Positions 57,912 through 64,000 of a stretch of 64,000 nucleotides of DNA are shown in pieces (positions within the stretch are counted from its first letter, which is position 1; every line of letters begins with the position of its first letter). The notes beneath the pieces are model-generated. The model searched no databases, was not told where the DNA came from, and worked only from the letters and a program-made list of their open reading frames with translations. Source of the DNA: the human T2T-CHM13v2.0 reference genome, Homo sapiens; assembly GCF_009914755.1 (NCBI RefSeq), contig NC_060938.1; one strand, written 5' to 3'. A program made the position numbers and the translations under genes.

Positions 57912-58739
57912 GTCTAGACCTTGTTGAGGGGAGATGTCAATCAACATTTGTGGGCTGAGATTGCTTCTGCCCCTTGGAAGTGAGCTTGGGCTATGGCAGA
58001 CCCATATACTGGGTCCCAGGCTGACAGTGCTCAGAAGATATTTGAGAGCACAATATCTAACTTCATGTGACTGCATGTGTTTATTTCCTTTTTACTCCCT
58101 AGCCATCATAGCAAGGCAAAGGTCATGATGTTGTTTTTCTCAACTTTTCTGCTTTAAAAAGTCATGTTTTATCTAATGCCTCCTGTTCCTGCTCTCCTTT
58201 TGTTTTCTAGATCATCTTCTCAGGTAATATGATCCTGACCAGAGGGAGATGGGTTGGGGCATCTATTCTAGTCCCCACCTGCCAGAATAGGTGTCAGGTG
58301 GCTCCTCACCACTCTACATCATTAGTGTGTACAATGGACACAGCATTATCTGAACTTCCATGGCTCTATGTAAAGCATTCCATTGTATTTTAATAATTAC
58401 GCAAGACAAGGCCTCTTTCACATAAGGCAAATAAGTGTGATTGATTCAGACTTCTGGCATTACTGGGCCATGCTGCCGCAAGAAACAGGTGCATGTGGAA
58501 TCAAGCCTGACGGAGTTATTGGTGTGCAGAAAAAAAAAAAGGTAAGCCAGTTGGTTTGTACTACAAAAGACTAAAACAGCTCGTCTGTGTATCCTACCAC
58601 CTTCCTGTCCCCATTAGGCATATGGCAAGAGCTATCTGGTAACAACGGCCATCTCCTCCCGCGTCTCAAAGATGTTTTCGTGCAATTGTGTGCTGTCTTT
58701 CCCTTTTCTTCTTTTCTTAAAGTTTGTCCCTGTTATTCA

Positions 58740-58890
58740 TTTTATTATTTTAGAGATAGGGTCTTGCTGTTGCCCGGGTGAAGTATAGTAGGCCAATCCT
58801 AGCTCACTGCAGCCTTGAACTCCTGGCCTCAAGTAATCCTCCTGCTGCAGCCTCCCCAGTAGCTAGTATTACAGGCACAAGCCACCATGT
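58740..58890 (-). mobile_element. Alu monomer fragment (FRAM/AluJ-like)
   Basis: ttttagagatagggtcttgc...cactgcagccttgaactcc...gccaccatg. Confidence 0.8.
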
Positions 58891-60237
58891 TGTTCATTTT
58901 AACCTGTCTTCACGTTTGTAACATTAGGGAATGCTTGATGCCAAGTAATTTATCCTGAGCCAACATCCCACACCTGCACTTGAAATAGCTTCATCCAAAG
59001 TGTATGATGGAAGACCCCTATTTAGAATGAAAGAAAGAGGGCAGACATAACCATGCCCCCATCTGCTGTATCTCGTGTTCGATAAGCCATCCACCACAAC
59101 TTAAATTTTATTTCACTTTTTATTTTTAGGATTACTACTTATCTGGTTTTTAAAGATGAGAGTGTTTTATCTGATGCCCTGACCAAATGAAACAACAACC
59201 TAGACTGAAGCAGGGAACATTCGCTGGACATTTCAGGCACTGTGCTAGGCTCTACAGTGAAGCATTCACAGTCTAGTGGTGTCTATAAATAAAACCAAAA
59301 TGCTAACTTTTAAATTCCTATGAGGAATATAATTGTAATGCCACTATAGCTGCATCACTACCATGGGGTCATTCTCTCCCTACAGACAGATCAATAAACA
59401 AAATCAAATTACAATCCAAAGGAAGCAAGGTGGGCAGAAATAACGTAGGGATTCATGAAGAATAAAGTCATTAATCCTTCCATTTATTCATTCAACAAAT
59501 ATTTATTGTCTAGTGCTATTGTGTTTTTATTTTTAACTGAAATTACACTTAAAATTTAGAATTATGAAATGCATTTATTTAAAGATTTATAAGAGGCCTA
59601 TCCACAAAACCATACTTACCAAAACCCTATAAAAATGTTTTCTATTCCTTTTGGAAATAAAGGTCAGTGGTGGTGAAGGTATATATTCAAATGAAAGAAA
59701 GTATAAATCAATACAACATTGATGCATACTCTGTGGAGGCAGCCACAAAATCCTCATCAGCTTGTTTATATCAGACAGATTTGGCCATCTTCCTGCCCTT
59801 TCATTATAGAAAAGTGAGTTGGGCCATAGCTATTGGCTGCTGTGAGGCCCACATTATGCACCCATTGTAGATGTATTTAATGACTTCTGCGCTCTAGGAT
59901 TTTTTCCTACCTCCACAGGTAAGTTGAAAGTACATATTTGTTCACAGACTCATATGAGCCTTCAATAAAAAGTAATTGATAATCATAATATGGTGCTGAG
60001 CAAGACTTAGAGGCAGCACCTTGCATATGTGTATTGTCATATATAAGTTAAAAAGGAAAGAAAAGAGAAGCTTTGTTCCAATAAGGATTTATTTCCACTA
60101 ATGTAACTGTCAGTAATTTGCTGAGCATTTAAAAGACTGAACAGCAGAATTGATTTACTGTTTTTGCAACTGCTGCTTAAAAAAGTATGTTTATCCTTAC
60201 ATCATAAGTCAGCAACTCATTTAAAGTTTCAGCTTGA

Positions 60238-60546
<309 letters not shown>

Positions 60547-60983
60547 TATATATATATATATAATAATCATACATATAATAATCATTATATATACATATAT
60601 ATGATTCTAGACTCACAAGCTCCCAAATTCTTTTTGTGGGTCTCCCATTGGGTTATTTGAACCATACTAGATAGCCATTAGGATAATACCATTAATAAAT
60701 GTAAATGGCATGGTAGAAAAGCAAAATTCTTCAGAAATTTTATCTTCAAGATTCAGCAACATATATTTTAAATATGAGAAATTAGTAACAATGGCCCTGC
60801 ATTTGTGACTCCTTCACTTCTAAAGTTTAGAACATCAGATTCATACTAATTCTTAATCATCTGTAAGAACTCACAAATAGTCCTTCATTTGATTATTCAT
60901 ATTACTCTGCTTCTGAGGTTAACAATTATAAACTTTGATCACTCATATGACTGTACTTCTCAGGTTAGAAATTATAAACCTCT

Positions 60984-61290
60984 GGGCCAGGTGGATCATG
61001 CCTGTAATCCCAGCACTTTGGGAGGCTGAGGCAGGAGGATCACTGGAGCCTAGAAGTTCGTGACCAGCCTGGGCAACATGACAAAACCTTGTCTCTACCG
61101 AAAACAAAACAAAAAACAAAAACAAAAATTTCCCAGGCGTGGTGGTGTGCCTATAGTCCCAGGTGCTCAGGAGGCTGAGGTGGGAGGATTGCTTGAACCC
61201 GGGAGGCAAAGGTTGCAGTGAGCCGAGATCATGCCACAGCCTGGGTGAGACTGATATCTCATCTCAAAAAAAAAAAAAAAAAAAAAAAGA
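60984..61290 (+). mobile_element. Alu (AluJ-like)
   Basis: Dimer with small deletions; TSD aattataaacct. Confidence 0.9.
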
Positions 61291-61395
61291 AGGAGAGAGA
61301 GAGAGACAGGTATTAATTATAAACCTTTAGAAGATATAGAGGAACAGTGTATTCATTTCCTAGGGCTGCACTGCATGGTTTAAAACAACAGAAAT

Positions 61396-61690
61396 GGCCA
61401 GGTGTGGTGGCTCACGCCTGTAATCCCAACACTTTGGGAGGCCGAGACAGGTGGATCACCTGAGCTCAGGAGTTCCAGCCAACATGGCAAAACCCTATCT
61501 CTACTAAAAATACAAAAATTAGCTGAGCATGGTGGCAGACACCTGTAATCCCAGCTACTTGGGAGGCTGAGACAGGAGAATGGCATGAATCCGGGAGGCA
61601 GAGCTTGCAGTGAACTGAGATTGCACCACTGACTCCAGCCTGGGTGACAGAGTGAGAATCCTCCTAAAAAAAAAAACAAAACAAAAAACC
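61396..61690 (+). mobile_element. Alu (mixed S/Y diagnostics)
   Basis: Full dimer; TSD-like aaaacaaca. Confidence 0.9.
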
Positions 61691-61994
61691 ATGCAAAACA
61701 ACAAATATATGTGAGAAAATTGGAGAAAAGGGAAAGTTGAGGTTAGAAAAATAAGCAATCAGGAATAAAACATACAGGGCAAAGCCCTATATATTTGTAA
61801 AATAGAGATGGGCCACAGATTCTGAGCTTTCCAGCAGATTAGCTATGTGATTCATAGTCTCAATCAGATGAAAGTTAGTTACTGATATTTGTTCTTCATA
61901 TGTAAGCAAGGGAATAAAGCATTATTCAGTAGAGGGAATTACTTATTTTCATCTTTAGAATTTTAGATGAAATATAAATTAATAAATATATGTA

Positions 61995-62324
<330 letters not shown>

Positions 62325-62618
62325 TAATTTCTCAGATAAGTCATAGATGTTTCAAAAAATATTTTTGGGAAGCCAATGGGAGAGAGATTATCTTTCCTAA
62401 AACCTTACTGACATAGATACAGGTATTAGACAAGATAATCCAAAGTGTATTATCTCTGTTTTGAAAACCAAGCAAGAACAAAAAACCAAAACCAGAAAAA
62501 CTAAAAACAGAAAACTATTCTATAGTAGAAAATATCTTGATCTAAGAATGAAAATAGCAGAATGGTTAAATAGCCTATTGTACATCATGACTATGGAACA
62601 CTATGGAAAGAAGAGCTA

Positions 62619-62935
<317 letters not shown>

Positions 62936-63299
62936 AGCTAGAAAGAATGTACTGGCACAGAAAGAACTCAAAGACATATTATTTATTAGGGGAAAATGTC
63001 AAGTTACAGAATAACCCATGGTTTGATCTTATTTTTACATTAAAAACACAAACATTCCCACACTGTGTGTGTATATACATATATGCATATATTTTTATAT
63101 GTTTACCTACATATATGCAAGTTGTTGATAAAAGGATATGTTTGAATGGATATGTTCCAAACTATCCACCTAGTTAATTCTGGATGGTGAGGGGGAAATA
63201 AAGGTAGACCTTAAGTTCTATATCTGAACTTTATATGATGAGCACATATTTCTATGTTACTTGTAGAATTAAAAATAGCTTTTAAAAATAAGTAAAATA

Positions 63300-63600
63300 G
63301 GCCAGGCGTTGTGGCTCACGCCTGTAATCTCAGCACTTTGGGTGGCCAAGGAGGGGTGATCACTTGAGGTCAGGTGTTCAAGACCAGCCTGGTCAACATG
63401 GTGAAACCCCGTCTCTACTAAAAATACAAAAATTAGCTAGTTGTGGTGGTGGGCACCTGTAATTCCAGCTACTCAGGAGGCTGAGGCAGAAGAATTACTT
63501 GAACCTGGGAGACAGAGGTTGCAGTGAGCTGAGATTGCACCACTACACCCCAGCCTGGGCAACAGAGCAAGATTCTGCCTCAAAAAGAAATAATAAAATA
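63300..63600 (+). mobile_element. Alu (AluS-like)
   Basis: Full dimer; TSD aaaataagtaaaata. Confidence 0.92.
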
Positions 63601-63769
63601 AAATAAGTAAAATAAAAGGGAAAATATAATTTAATGTTGACCACACCTACCTGCTTTTAGAGATTTCTCTTCAAGCAGCCCTCTCCTTTCTGGACTGTAT
63701 CAATTTAGACAATTAACACATTTGAATAAAATCACTGTCTACAGGTGTCATACAAATCACATGCAGATG

Positions 63770-63960
63770 ACAGACAGAGCTAGGTTCAGTTTTCAGTCCT
63801 GTGGAAGACTGACTGTGAGCTTTGAGCCTCAGATTCACCATCAGTTACATGGGAGTAATAACAATGCTTGCCTCACTTTGTTGTGGTAAAGATTATTTAA
63901 GACAAAATGAGCTAATGTGTATGAAAGCTCTTGTGGTACCTCCCATGACTGTCACTTGCC
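63770..63960 (+). mobile_element. MIR
   Basis: tgagcctcag...gggagtaataac...gttgtggtaaagatt...atgtgtatgaaagc. Confidence 0.65.
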
Positions 63961-64000
63961 ATAGCTGACAGCAAACATATTATGCAACAAAAGACTTCCT

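Overview
Primate (very probably human) genomic DNA holding the 5' end of DDHD1 (phosphatidic acid-preferring phospholipase A1, SPG28 gene) on the minus strand. Present are the CpG-island promoter, coding exon 1 (ATG at 55070, donor after 54233), a 48.4-kb intron 1, coding exon 2 (5839-5666) and a frame-preserving 21-nt microexon (5034-5014). The rest of the gene lies left of the window. Most remaining sequence is transposable-element derived: about 25 Alus, a two-headed 8.5-kb L1PA composite, a 6.8-kb HERV-H provirus with a tRNA-Phe-type PBS plus a nearby solo LTR7, a solo HERV-W LTR17 nested in Alu in MER44 in old L1, LTR10/THE1/MLT1 LTRs, MER DNA transposons, MIR and L2. I find no convincing wholly new biological system. 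The best leads are post-transcriptional: two uORFs (one ending in an ATGA stop/start overlap with the DDHD1 ATG), the microexon, a candidate poison exon, decoy donors and a plus-strand recursive-splice-like site. Repeat subfamily names come from recalled consensus sequences, not a database search, and old-repeat boundaries are approximate.
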